Positions 13,001-26,108 of a stretch of 64,000 bases of DNA are shown piece by piece. Numbering within the stretch: the first letter of the stretch is position 1; every line of letters starts with the position of its first letter. The notes under the pieces are model-generated. The model was not told where the DNA came from, ran no database searches, and saw only the letters and a list, made by a program, of their open reading frames with translations. The position numbers and the translations under genes were made by a program. Source of the DNA: Azolla caroliniana (lineage: Eukaryota > Plantae > Polypodiophyta); NCBI GenBank assembly GCA_043228905.1, contig JBHGNT010000009.1, positions 17,422,001-17,486,000 on the forward strand. Reading direction: 5' to 3'.

Positions 13001-14584
13001 ACATTGATTACGATGAGACCTTCATGCTGGTCGCGAAGATGAAAATTCTCCGTGTAGTGATGACGGTAGCAACGGCAAAGGGGTGACACTACATCAGATG
13101 GATGTAAAGAACTTGTTCCTGCAAGGCGATCTTGAGGAACAAGTGTACATGGTACAACCCCCCGGATTTCTATCCGAATGAAACACTTCAACAGTTTTCC
13201 GACCGAAGAAGTCATTGTATGGACTTAAGCAGGTCCCGCGTGCCTGGAACGCGAAGATCACGCAGTGATTGCGTAAGATGGGGTTTTCTCCATCAAAATC
13301 AGACTCTTCATATGGGGAGCAGTAAGAAGCAACCGACAATGGCACTATCGAGCACCAAGGCCGAGTATTGAGGGGCAGTTGTCGCCATGTGCGAAGCTAT
13401 TTGGCTCTAAAGGCTATTGAAGAATTTGCAGGTGGAGGTGTCTAAACCGATAGTGATATACTATGACAACCTCAGCAGCATCCAACTTGCGAAGAACCCC
13501 GTCTTCCACGCTCAGACAAAGCACATCGAGGTGTACTATCATTTTGTCCGAGAGCTAGTCCTCTCCGATGAAGTCGAACTTGTGTATGTTCCAACTGATC
13601 GGCAAGTTGTCAATATCTTCCCCAAACCTCTTGGCCTTGACAAGTTGTGACATTTTTCAAGTGTGCTTGGCTTACAACATCTCGACATGTCGAACTTGAG
13701 GGGGAGGAATGAAGTCGAAAAGGAGAGAGACAAAGTCTAAAAAGCCGAATCGGATGAAGATGAGGATGCATGCACATGTGGAAGACAGTCGGCTAAGCAA
13801 AGACTAGCCACATGCAGGGGGGGGCGGCCAAAAGAGAAAGCTGAAGCTAGAGCCAACCGAACCAAGGGGAGGTAGAGCCAAGAGAGGCGGTAGAGTTGGA
13901 AAGAACAGAGATGACCAATGGAAGGCTAGGACCAAGACATGGGCAGATGTGGTCAAGGGCCTGAAGGAGGACGAATCGGAGACAACTGATGTAGATAAGA
14001 GCCGGAATGAATCGGAAGCAGCTGATTCAATTGAGGAAGTCAATTCGGACGAGCCGAATCACACAAAGCACAAGCGGACAAGGAGGCAACCCAAGCCGAC
14101 GCTGACACGAAAGAGTTGACGTGTCAAGGGGCGCTAGTATCGCGACAGCAAGGGAGTTGACAAGCCGACCGTAGAGGTCGAGGTGCACAGAACCAGACGA
14201 GTCAAGAAGCGCTAGATCAAAGGGATCATGGAATGTAGGACCGGACTAGAAGAGGTGCGCGAGCGAGGCGTTGAGACGCCAGGAGAGGAGGCGGGAGTGA
14301 CAAACCAGCCGGATCTAACACATAGGGACCTCAAGTTGAGCTTGAGGGGGAGTGTTGAGAGACAAGCTCAACATGGGCTGAATCGGTTGAACAACGATCG
14401 AACAAGCCTCAATCGGTTGAAGAAGCCGCGAACTGAATCGAATAAAGTTCGATTCAATTCGAGTATGCCGAGTCCATAGTTGTTAAAAAACGCGTATTCT
14501 ATGTTTAGAGTACGCTTTAGAATACTCCGACGTATTCTACATGTATTCTACATTTTAGACTTGTCGTTTTTAAAAATTTGACAT

Positions 14585-14862
14585 TGCCGTGTGACGGGAA
14601 CTACAACGCTCGTTATGCGCAACGCTCGGCCACAACCGAGCTTAGAATCATACACAAAAAACAGGAATGAATGCACGACACAGTGAGGAGAAGAGTACAG
14701 AGGATGTTTACGTGGAAAACCCAAACTAGGGAAAAAACCACGGCAACCCACAGGCTGCAAACTATCACTATGTTACAGTATACAACAGTAAAGCACTAAG
14801 GCAACAACCTCGAGCTCTCTATCTTCGCCACAGGCGACGGTTACAACAGAGGCAACGACCTC

Positions 14863-14898
<36 letters not shown>

Positions 14899-16590
14899 CA
14901 CAGTTACGCGCTCTGATCTCGCGCAGACAAGAATAACAACAACAACCTCAAAAGTTTGCCCTAAGTCATATTTATACTAATATGACTTTTCGGCTATTTA
15001 CAAATATAGCCACGATGGACTCTCAAAAACATATTCATGAATATGTCTCTTCATCCGGAGAGCGCTCCTCACCGGGCCTGCATCATCCGGATTTTGCCGG
15101 GCACTCGTCATCCGGTTCTCACCGGGTCGGCACCATCCGGCTCTCTATAGCCGGATACTCCTCATCCGGTTCTCACCGGGTCTGCACCATCCGACTCTTC
15201 GTAACCAAGTACTCCTCATCCGGTTCTCACCGGGTATGCACCATCCGGCTCTCCGTAGCCGGGTACTCCTTATCCGGTTCTCACCGGGTATGCACCATCC
15301 GGCTCTCCGTAGCCGGGCACTCCTTATCCGGTTCTCACTGGGTCTGCACCATCCGGCTCTCCGAAGCCGAGTACTCCTCATCCGGTTCTCACCTCGGCCG
15401 AGTTTGCTCATCAACACTGTTCTTCTCCCTTCCCATCCAGAGGGACATGTCTCCCAACACCGTGAAAATCCGTCACTATGTGCGGATCGTGAGGTGAAAC
15501 CGTGGAGGTCCTGGACCAGAAGGATTCGAAGTTTGCACTAGCTTTAGCGAGAAATTATTTAAGATAGATTAAAAGAGAGAGATTGAGATAAGATAGAACG
15601 CTTGACTTTAGATTGAGTAAGATTGAGAGATTAAGATTGAACCCTTCACCTTAGATTTGAGAAACAAGATATATCATCAATTGGATAACGAATTTTCTTC
15701 TTATTAAATTCTTGATTAATACGTAACTCGTTTTTCTTTTTCATCCACTCTTTTATAGATGCCCCCATGCATATGATGCATGTGAGGGTGCAAGACATGC
15801 ATGAGATCCATGTTTGCCATTTGGCGCTCATGCATTACATGTGTTGCATGATAACCATGTCACTCATTCAAGCTCTCATGTATGAGAATTTACATGTGAA
15901 AGTATAATGATAAAAAAAATATAACTTAAAGAAATGACTTGGCTTTTTCGTTTCACACCGAAAATCTTCAAGACACCGTGCGTCACAATCAACCTATCCA
16001 ACTGACCCGACCGATCCGTTTGTCCGGTCCTGATTGGATCGATCCACATCCGATCCGTCCATCCGTTCTAGTTTTGGTTCCCCAAAACCATTTTGAACAA
16101 CTTGGTCGCATCAACCTATCTAACCGATCCTTCTGTCCGGGCCCGATTGGGTTGATCCGCATCTTATCCTTCCATCCGTTCCGGTTCCCCAAAACCATTT
16201 TGAACAACTTGGCTGCATCCATTCATACAAGTTATGCAACCCAACCTTTTTATGCTCCTAACACATAAATGAAATATAAAGAGATATGGCTCTACTTATA
16301 TACTCTTGAATCCTAATGGTGTCCTATCTATGTGGGATATCTCACAGTTTGGTTTTCCTCTTCTTCTCCTCAAACTTCATACTCCCATAACTTAACACTA
16401 AGTTGTTTGTTTCACATGTATTAAAATGTATTCGGAAGCTTTTGAAGACATCAATCTTTTTGTTCCAAGATATTAAACTAATATAAAATAATATCTTCAC
16501 TATTAATGTTTCATATTGTGTGTGAAGAACCACACTCGATTTTGTATGTTCCTCCCAATTTTCACACCATTGCTGAAAATCTTCACGACA
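14585..16590 (-). mobile_element. Solo LTR of the TGTCGTGAAG (tRNA-Trp-type) Gypsy group, interrupted by a Copia solo LTR
   Basis: Termini TGCCGTG...CTTCACGACA; 4-bp flanks ACAT/ACGT; shares the CATGCA-rich block with LTRs at 19587, 30319 and 31258. Confidence 0.8.
14592..15459 (-). mobile_element. Copia-type solo LTR containing a 57-bp minisatellite
   Basis: TG...CA ends; perfect TSD CCGTG at 14587-14591 and 15460-15464; Copia-type CCGTGGTTTTT motif on the minus strand; about 6 copies of a 57-bp unit at about 15050-15395. Confidence 0.85.
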
Positions 16591-16967
16591 ACGTATTCAA
16601 CGTATTTGACAAGTATTTATCATCTCAAAAAATATTTTCTTTTTTTTGAGAAAAAAAACTTTAAATTTTAAGAAGTATTTAACGTGTTTTACAATTATTC
16701 TACATGTATTCTAAGTATTTAATGTACTTTATCTATAAAATACGTATTCTAAGTATTATAAAAAAATACTTAGAATACGTATTGTATGCGTATTTTATGC
16801 TAAGTATTTTGCAATAATGGCCGAGTCGAATGGAATCCAATAGGCCGTTAGAGACCTATATTCCTATATTCCAATAGGTCGTAAGTATCAGGCTCATTTA
16901 TGAGCATTCAAGTACTGATGGTAATTGTGTCAGCCCACTTGTCAAGGTTTGTATAAAAAGAGCACGA

Positions 16968-17719
16968 TGTCGTGAAGATTTCAGGCTACAGTGAGAAAAT
17001 CGGGAGGGACAAATAAAATGGGGATGTGCAACATTGCACATGCACTTGTAAATTTGTGTAATAAGATTAAGTAAACAAAATTTAATGGGAAGGGTAATAA
17101 TCTGAGGTGCTAAAGGTGCACCATAAAGTTCGTATAGGCATAAATGTGATGTGCACTTTGTAGAGTAGAATAAGTAGTGGGCATTGAGAGTGAATATGAT
17201 AAGAGAGAGAGAGTTAAGGCCCACCGATTTAAGATCAAGGGAGATATTCCCCATTAAATGAAAGGGGATTTGACTCCCTCTTATAATGTGCTCACCCCTT
17301 ACTACTATAAAAGGGAGTGAGGGGTCACTCGTGAAGGCGTTGCCTATTTTAAGTGAGAGAGGTATACCACTTAGATCGAGGGTTTCTATTCGGTTTTAGG
17401 GTTTCTTCTACGGTTTTCTTCTTGGGTTTCATTTATGGTTTCTATGCTTCTTTGCTTACTTATCCGGTTAGGGTTTTCTTGTAGTCGTTTTGGGTGTGGC
17501 CTATGCGGCCTTAGTTGTATTCGTTTGTGTTTTATTAATATAACTTGTTGAGTATTTTGCCTCCAAAAATCTCTTGTTCAATTTTCATGTCATATTCATT
17601 CTCCTCTCCTCTTGAGCTAAGCTTTCATTTCGTGTCTTATTCCTTCTCCTCAACTCCCTAGTTCAAGACCCCTACGGTCTCGCCTCGGATCCTACACGCG
17701 CTTGCGGAATATCGCGACA
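16968..17719 (+). mobile_element. Solo LTR of the TGTCGTGAAG Gypsy group, inside the Copia-1 3' LTR
   Basis: TGTCGTGAAG...CGCGACA; flanks ACGA/ACGG; the TATA region CTATAAAAGG...GTTGCCT...GGTATACC resembles the LTR at 34539. Confidence 0.85.
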
Positions 17720-18169
17720 ACGGTGTATGTACAGAGTGTGCATTATTTGAAATTGAAGTGTTGTTGTCTAATCTCTCTATCTCTATCTCACTATGTATCC
17801 ATTCTTTGTGTTTACCTAACTGTCGAGTTCTGCACAACCGATGGTGTACTCTGTGTTCATCGCACATGAATCTTTTTTCACATGGATTGCTAGCATAGTG
17901 CAATCAAAATTTCTATCATTAAGTCACTAATGACATTCCAAATAAGATTGTTCTCCATCTTATATATCCTCTAATGTGCAATATTCCTTCCAAAGATCAA
18001 GCAAGTTGAGAATTTGAAAGATGAAAATTTGATGTATTAACCCCAGGAGGTTTAAGGTGACTCGAACCTGTAACCTCCTAAAAAAGAGCACTTAACTTTA
18101 GTCATTGGGTTATACATATTGTTCACAAAGATGTTATAATTTATTTTCTTATAACTTTGATAAACATAA

Positions 18170-18285
18170 CCCTATAAATATCCAAAGGGTGCCATGACCC
18201 ACCCTATAATATCCCAAAGGATATCCTGATTCATGACCCTACAACATCCCAAAGGGTATCATGACCCTACAAACATCCAAAGGGC
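18170..18285. repeat. Short tandem repeat, about 30-35 bp x 4 (CCCTA.AA.ATCCAAAGGG..CATGAC)
   Basis: Visible repeated units. Confidence 0.6.
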
Positions 18286-18795
18286 AAATACTACTACTAT
18301 ATAAACAAGACACATTGTATTGTTAGAACCATTCCGGTTCAAATTGTCAAGGCCCTAGCTTGACAAAAGAGAATTGAACACGAGAGGAAAAGAAAGAGAG
18401 AAAAATGACTATATTTTATTATAATAGGAAAATATACAAAAGCGAAAACTATACTATTTGCCAAAGACTGGTCTTTATGACTTGTCATGGACCATCGAGG
18501 TTTAAACAAAATCATAGTTCAAAATAGATATGCTCTACCCTTGATATTGAGTTTATTAGAGCGTCTTAGTAGAGCCAAAGTTTTCACAAAGCTAGAGCTT
18601 TGAGGCGCTTATAATCTTGTTCAGATACGTCTAGGCGATGAATGGAAGACAACATTCCGCACTAGATATCAACATTTCGAGTACACATTTATGCCTTTTG
18701 ATTTCACGAATGCACTTGTAGTTTTTCAACACATAGCGAATGATATTTTCCGCGACTTCTTGGATACATTTACCATAGTATATCTTGATCTACTC

Positions 18796-20484
18796 CATGG
18801 TTGTTTACGTACTCATATTTAACGATTAAATATGTATAGTACCTCATAATTTGTATAGTACGTACTATACCTCAATGTTGTTCAGTCAAATATCATGTAC
18901 GTTTGTCCAATATGGTAGTTAACGTACATTTGAAAAAACAGGTATAATACCTATTTATAAAAAAATGTAAGTAAAACCCCAACATAAAGCAAAAGAAAAA
19001 AAAAGATTTGAGTGAAAAAGAAGCAAAAAGAAGGAAGAAAGAAGAATAGAAGAGATGACGATGATGAAGAAGAAGAAAAAGAGAGAAAAGAAGACAGAAA
19101 CTTGTCTTGACTCTGAGTGTGATAATCACAAAAGATAGAAGAAGACGATAATGATGAAGAAGACAGAAAAGAAGACAGAAACCTATAATGAGTGTGATAA
19201 TCATAGACGATTCCTCAATCTATGAACGCATAATCATAAATAATTACAAATTAAAGTAGAACATCGTGATACACACTTACACTTATTTATAGAACAAGTG
19301 AATGTCGACATCCATATTATAAGTATTTTAGGATGTGAAATGTTCAAATATCTTATATGCATTTTAGGATGTAGAACTATAATGTACATCACAAAATAGA
19401 TGCTTTTTACAATATTACAAATATTTTTTTGAAAGGTAAATAATTTTCAAATTGTACAAGTATTTAACGTACTATAAGTAAAATACGTATTTTACGTATT
19501 TTATAAATATTTAACATATTAAAAAACGTATTTAATGTATTTTTAAATTGGGAGGTACTATATGCATATTAATATGTTATATATGTTGTCGTGAACGATT
19601 TTCTTCACAATATAAAAATAAATTTAAATACTGAATTCAGTAATATTTCAAACACTTGAACCCACAACCTTATCAACCAAGCACAATGTACATACCACTA
19701 GGGTAGGCTATTTGTTTTTAGAAATGTTGTAAAGAATGTATTTCATGATATAAGAATGAAGCTAAATATTGTATTGAGTAAAATTGAGAGACTTGAACCC
19801 TCAACCTTGTATACCAAGCACAAGGTATACACCACTTAGCTAGGTTAATTATTTTATTATTTTTATCCCATGTCTATTTTCATACATGGAAGCTCAAATG
19901 AGCGAGATGTCTATCATGCATCACATGTAATGCATGAACGCCAAATGGCGATCATGCATCACATGCATTTCATGCATTGCATGCATGTCTTTACCCTCAC
20001 ATGCATTATATGTATGGGGGCACCTATAAAAAGAAGGGAGGGGAATCAATCAAGAAGAGAAAGTTAGAGAGAATAGTATGATCAAACAAATAAGTTAGCT
20101 TATTTGCGAAGAGGCTCGTGTCTTGGAGTTGAAGTTGAGGGTTCAAATCCAGAGTTTGGCAAAGGAAGATTGCATCTTGCAATGAATCACTGTACAATTG
20201 GTAAAATCTTGTGTTCTTAATATAAAGTTTGTTCTTATCATACCATTTCAATTCTTCAATCATACATTGTCTCTATCTTTTTATCTATACTCATCTCTCT
20301 GTCACGCATTACTTTTAACTCTTCTTCTTCCTATCCTTAATCTTCCTAACATCGATGCACAAAGCCTTATAAAACATATAGCCGACTCCCTTTAACCTTA
20401 GTCCCTGCGACTTGGTTGCACGAACCACAACCACCACGACAACGTATGATATCCGTGCTGTATCTAACGTACCTAACAACCTTG
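18796..20484. mobile_element. Second hAT-like MITE, interrupted by a solo LTR
   Basis: TIRs CATGGTTGTT / AACAACCTTG; ACGTA-rich subtermini; flanking TCTACTC is duplicated but offset by a few nt on the right. Confidence 0.65.
19587..20441 (+). mobile_element. Solo LTR of the TGTCGTGAA Gypsy group
   Basis: TGTCGTGAAC...CCACGACA; flanks ATGT/ACGT; homologous to the reverse complement of the LTR at 30319-31215. Confidence 0.85.
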
Positions 20485-20672
20485 AGATTCTACTCCAAAA
20501 CTCAAGTAGAGCATGACATACATGTTTGCCAAGTCCTCCAACGCTTGCATGAATATGGGCTCTATGCCAAACTCGAGAAATGTAGCTTAGATCATAACAG
20601 TTAGGAATATGTCACTCTTATGGGAGCAACCGACTAGTCGGGCTGAATGCCGATAGTCGAAGACATGGAGAG

Positions 20673-20764
20673 TGTCAGGAATAGTATTGAGATAGAGAAG
20701 AAATTAGTACTAAGAGAGGAATATTAGTACTAAGAGGAATAGAGGGTGTAGAACACTCGAGATA

Positions 20765-20802
<38 letters not shown>

Positions 20803-23800
20803 GTGAGTGAGTGAGAGATTGAGGGAGAGAAAATGATGATGACAACGATATATTATGTGAGAAGAATATACAAGGAAGGCTAGGAGGCTTAAGACTGGCG
20901 TTGAACCGGTTTGGTTCGAAATAATGCCTTGTGCCTCCTTTTATAGTGTTCTCAGGAGTAATCCTAAAGCTTCAAGAATGTTCTACAAAAATCTGGAATA
21001 TACATTAATTTTCTATAGTAAAACTTAAATAAAAATAATATCTTATGTATTATAATAGATAGTGTAATGGTCAAGAGCTCGACCCATGTAACATAAGGTC
21101 ATGAGTTTGAGTCTTGCCATATCATGAAACTATCCTCCCTTTAAAACGAAGAGTGTCATGAGTCATTTTGGATTGAGGACCCAATTTATCTGGATATTTA
21201 CGATGGAAGTCTTCAAGAAGAGCACGAAGCATTGGTCACATTCTCTATTGGTTCCCAAGTACGCTCATTGGGACTATATCCTAGTCAATCGACTAAATAG
21301 TAGAGCTTGTTGTGAACAATCTTGGAATCAAGGATGGCGACAACCTCGTACTCAGGTCATCTTCAAGTTCGATCGGGGGTGGAGGTTGTGGAATACGTCC
21401 TGGGATGGTGCTGTCTTGATAGGGTTCGAGGAGAGAACTATGAAACACCGGATGTATGCGAAGTTGCGCGGGTAGATCGAGACGAAAAGCGACATCATTA
21501 ATCTTTCCAATAATACGGAAAGGTCCTAATCGCCGATAATCCAACTTCTCGCATGGGCGAGTAGTCTTGATGTGTCGTCGTAGTAGCCATACCTGATCTC
21601 CAATGTTAAAATTGGATGGAAACCGATGACGATCTACGTAAACCTTGTGTGTTTTTTGAGCTTGTTGTAGATGAGTAGATAAACCTGCTTGTATCTTGCG
21701 TAACCACTCCAAACATTCCTCTATGCAAGGATTTGTGGGTAACGTTGGGGTTTCAAATACACATCACCGGGGGTGACAACCTGTATAAGCATAAAATGGC
21801 GTAACTTTAGTCGATGAGTGGACAGAGTTATTATAGGCAAATTCGGTGAAGTGGAGAATATCTGCTCCGTCATCCTGATGATAGCTTAAAAAGCACCGAA
21901 GATATTGCTCCAGCGTTTGATATGTTCGTTCTGCTTGGCCGTCGGTTTGCAGGTGGTAGCTGGAGGAGAGGTTACAAGTGACCTTGAGCATTTAAAAAAG
22001 GTGCTTCCAGAATTTCGAGATGAACTAGGGTCCATGATCGCTGACGATATTATCAGGAAGGCCATGATGCCGACATACTTCACGCATGACAATTTCGGCG
22101 GTTTCTTCACTAGAGATTTCCTTAGTACATGGTAGGAAATGAGCCATCTTCGTCTATCGATCTACTACTGTTAAAATCACATTGAATCCCTTAGAGATTG
22201 GAAGATCTATGATGAAATCTAGAGCAATGGATTGCCATGGCTTGCTTGGAATTGGTAATGGTTCTAATAAACCATATGGATGATGCCTTGGCATTTTTGC
22301 TCTACAACATGTATCACAAGTCCGAACAAAATCTTCGACAAATTGTCGCATACACACTAGAATGATCGTTGTACTAAATCTAATGTCTTAGTACTACCAA
22401 AACGCCCAGATGTATATGTGTCATGACAGTTTTGGACTACTCGAAGGCGGCAAGAACCATTAGGAACATACAAGAGTTTCTTAAAGAATAGTAATTCATC
22501 ATGACATTCGAATTGTCGATAGTCCGTACCTGGTTGTTGCGATTGTGAACAAGATGCTCGAGAGGGATCAATTTGTGCTAGAATGGCTTGGGCGAAAGCA
22601 TATGTCTTCAAGTCCTCACGTATGCTATCGATAACGTGGGAATCCAAGGGCATGCCGAAGACCTGTGTTGTTTGCAGTCGTGTCGGTCCCAAGATTACTT
22701 GCTTTTGGTTATCGAAAGCTTTTCATCATTACCTTGTTGTGATAGAATGCTACCCAATGCGAAATCCGATGTGTCCGCTTCCATGATGAATGGTTTTTGG
22801 ATCCACATGACCTAGAATAGGAGCCGATGTAAATGCCTTCTTAAGATTCTCAAAAGCCATGTCCGCTTCTTCAGACTAAACGAACAATTTTCCCTTCTTA
22901 GTAAGTTGTGTGAGAGGTAGAACAAGCTTTGAGTAATCCTGTATAAACTTGCAGTAGAAATTGGCAAAGCCTAAAAAGCATTGCACATCTCCCAACAAAC
23001 ACGGAGTTTGCCACTCTACCACCGTTTTGACCTTAGCTGGATCCATGGAGATGCCTTCCGAGGAGATGACATAGCCCATAAATTCCACCTGGTTGCACCC
23101 GAAACTGCATTTTTCCAGCTTTGCATAAAGACCATGTTCTTGAAGTCGTTTTAGTACTAACAGTACATGAGAATCATGCTCTTCTTGGATCTTCAAATAA
23201 ACCAGTAGATCATTCAAATAGATGATCAAACAAACATCCAAGAGATCTCGGAATATATCCTTTGCCATGTGCTGGAAGACTGTTGGCGCATTAGTGAGGC
23301 CGAACGGCATGACCGTATACTCGAAATGCCCATATCTGGTGTGAAACTTGGTCTTCCATTCATCTCTTGGTCGAATCCGTACGAGGTTATATGCTCCCCT
23401 CCCTGTAAGTCGATCTTCGTGAAGAACCTTGCACCATTGATCTGTTCTAAAAGACTTGAGATAAGGGGAAGTGCATACCTATTTGTGATGGTGACCTTAT
23501 TCAAGCCACGGTAATCTACAACGAGACGAAGTGATCCATCCTTTTTCTTGACGAAGAAAATGGGTGCGCCGGCTGGAGATTTCGAATGCCGAATGAAACC
23601 ATTGGCCAAATTCTCCTCTATATAGGCTCGAAGGACTTCTAGCTCGGTTGGTGACAAATTGTAGATCGGTCCCCATGGTGGCTCTTTTCCCGGTTGTAAA
23701 TCGATGGGGCAATCATACGGTCGATGGTGAGGAAGTGTATTGGCTTGTACTTTATCGAACACATCGGCATAATGATGATACTTCTTTGGAAGTTGAACGG

Positions 23801-26108
23801 TGGACTTCTCTTTAGTGGTGTCGGAGGGTTTTACTGATATTGCAAATAGAAACATTTCTTCCTTGCGTCCTTCCCGCAACTAATGTAGCGAAATGGTTGC
23901 TATCTTATGAGTAGATCCTCAGGCTTGTCGATACCAGATTTCTCTTGTTCTCCAATCTATGTCTGGGTTATGTAATTCGAACCATGGTAATCCTAAAACA
24001 ATGGGATGTTCTAGGATACTAATTATATTAAATGATACTAAACACGCTAGATTATCTAGGACAATATTAATGGGCTCTGACTCTTCTATGATATTTTCAG
24101 AAGCAATGGGACGACCATCAATGACTACTACAGAGTCTGGACACGGGAGTTTTCTGAGAGATATCTGATGAGCTTGGGCAAAATTCGTATTCATGAAGCA
24201 AGAATTAGCTCCTGAATCTAGAAGTGCTAAGGCATGTATTGGAGGGGTACTTTTAGTACTAACTGTTACTTGGGCTACGAACACACTGCTAACTTGCTTG
24301 GAGGGCATGGAACCACTAATGGGCTGCACAGATCTAGGGTTGTCCAACCAAATGGCTCCTATTTTGGCTGGACTTAGTCATTTAACTCTTCTTCTAACTG
24401 ACTAAGGACATCAAATTTGTTTGCTAGATTTGGGTTATTAGTACTATTAGGACTATCAGATATTCCTACTGAAATAGACTCGAGTTTAGTACAATTCGAA
24501 CTAGCAACTATTTGGTTTACCTGTCTTCTTAGCCTATGGGGACAATTTACTGCAATATGCCCTGGTCCACCGTAATAAAGACATAGTCGATTTGCTCGAC
24601 GTCGTTGCTTTTCTTCTTCCGATAATGGTCCGCGATGACGTGTAGTGTCAATCTCCATCGGAGTCAGAGTATTCATTGGAGGCGCATTATATGACTCCCT
24701 CAGAAAAGGTTTCGCTACCACTGAGGCGTAGGTGGGTTCTGATCTTGTCCTCGGCATCTGGAATTGCCGTTCTGAATGTCGTTCGAAAAGGCGGTTGTCG
24801 CATCTCACCGCGCAACTGATTGCTTCTGTTAATAACTTTGCTTCTGTTAATGACTTTGGTTCTTTGGGGAAGATCAAGAGTAAATCTTCGACATCATTGT
24901 GTAAACCATAACGAAATTGCTCTATCAATGCTTGATCATCCCAAGGAATATCTGCGGCAAGTAGGCGGAAATCTGCAGCGTATGCGGAGGCTGGACGATC
25001 ACCTTGGCGTAATCGTCGGATTTTGTTTATTGTTGTCCTTATGCTGTCAGTATCTCCAAAACAGGCTTTAAACTCACTTATAAATTCTTCAAAATTGTTT
25101 AGTAATGGAGATTCCTTTTCTAACAACGGACTGAACCATGCCAATGTTGAACCACTAAGTAGAGTGCCTACTAGTCCCACTCGTGATGCATCGGTGGGAT
25201 ATCAAGAAGGATGCATTTGAATCACTAAACATACCTAATTCAGAAAACCTCTAAATTGTGATCGGGTCCCATCAAATTTTGCAGGAAGACCGATCTTGGG
25301 TTCTTTGTGAATCCCTTGAGTGCTTGATCATTGTTGTTGTAGTGATACAATAGTCGCTTCAAGTTGTTGTACACGTAACGTCAACTCCTCGTGTTGTTGT
25401 TTTTCCAACGCTATTTGTTGAAGATCCCCCAACAAATGGTGATTTTCTTGTTCTAGTGCTACAAATTTCTCTTTTAAGCACTGGAGCTCCTAGAAAATAG
25501 ATTGGTATTCCTGAGTGCTAATAGTTTCCATTTTACTAGGGAGGATGAGAGGATTAGTATGACGGGAAAAAAGGGGTAAGAAGATTAGGGAAACTGGAAA
25601 GAAGACTGGAAAAAAGGGGACATGTAAGAAGATAAATGGAAGAGGAGGAAAGGAGGAGACGGAAGGAGGAAAATCGGTTCAAATTGTCAAGAATAGTACT
25701 GAGACAGAGAAGAAATTAGTACTAAGAGGAATAGAGGGTGTAGAACACTTGAGAGAAGGGGAGAGAGAGAGTGAGTGAGTGAGTGAGAGAGTGAGAGAGA
25801 TTGAGGGAGAGAAAATGATGATGACAACGATATATTATGTGAGAAGAATATACAAGGAAGGCTAGGAGGCTTAAGACTAGCGTTGAACCGATTTGGTTCG
25901 AAATAATGCCTTGTGCCTCCTTTTATAGCGTTCTCAGGAGTAATTCTGAAGCTTCTAAAATGTTCCAAAGAAATATGGAATATACATTAATTTTCTATAG
26001 TAAAACTTAAATAAAAATAATATTTTACATATTACAATAGATGGTGTAATGGTCAAGAGCTCTACCCATGTAACATAAGGTCATGGGTTCGAGTCTCGCC
26101 TCATGACA
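20673..26108 (-). mobile_element. Ty3/Gypsy chromovirus (Tcn1/Tf1-like, self-priming) with both LTRs, degenerate
   Basis: LTRs at 20673-21129 and 25685-26108; perfect TSD GAGAG; PPT AAAGGGAGGATAG (minus, about 21130-21142). Gag 24374-25180, PR LLDSGA, RT, RNase H internally deleted near 22720, INT with GPF motif, chromodomain ILDSKIVHNKLYYLV..GYSPNERTWEP at about 21200-21340. Confidence 0.93.

Larger units (their letters stand above)
14475..16819. mobile_element. hAT-type non-autonomous element (MITE), interrupted
   Basis: Imperfect TIRs CATAGTTG / CAATAATG; perfect 8-bp TSD GCCGAGTC at 14467-14474 and 16820-16827; AT-rich subterminal (A)CGTATT repeats. Confidence 0.85.
1..17880 (+). mobile_element. 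Ty1/Copia LTR retrotransposon 'Copia-1', degenerate, with both LTRs interrupted
   Basis: The 5' LTR begins before the window (1-129 + 10039-10160). PBS TGGTATCAGAGC (tRNA-iMet) at 10161-10172. Fragmented gag (10265-), protease WYVDSGSSNHM, GAG-pre-integrase LWHRRFGH, integrase, partial RT and RNase H TKHIEVYYHFVRE. PPT TTGAGGGGGAG at 14342-14352. The 3' LTR runs 14353-14474, 16820-16967 and 17720-17880, and its later pieces match the 5' LTR pieces. Confidence 0.9.

Noticed and set aside
15050-15395. ORF 14982-15497 as a repeat protein
   Set aside because: It is the translation of a 57-bp minisatellite inside a solo LTR.
26038-26100. Functional tRNA genes at the A/B-box modules
   Set aside because: No convincing acceptor and anticodon stems could be built by eye, and the modules lie in LTRs; they are reported as tRNA-like only.
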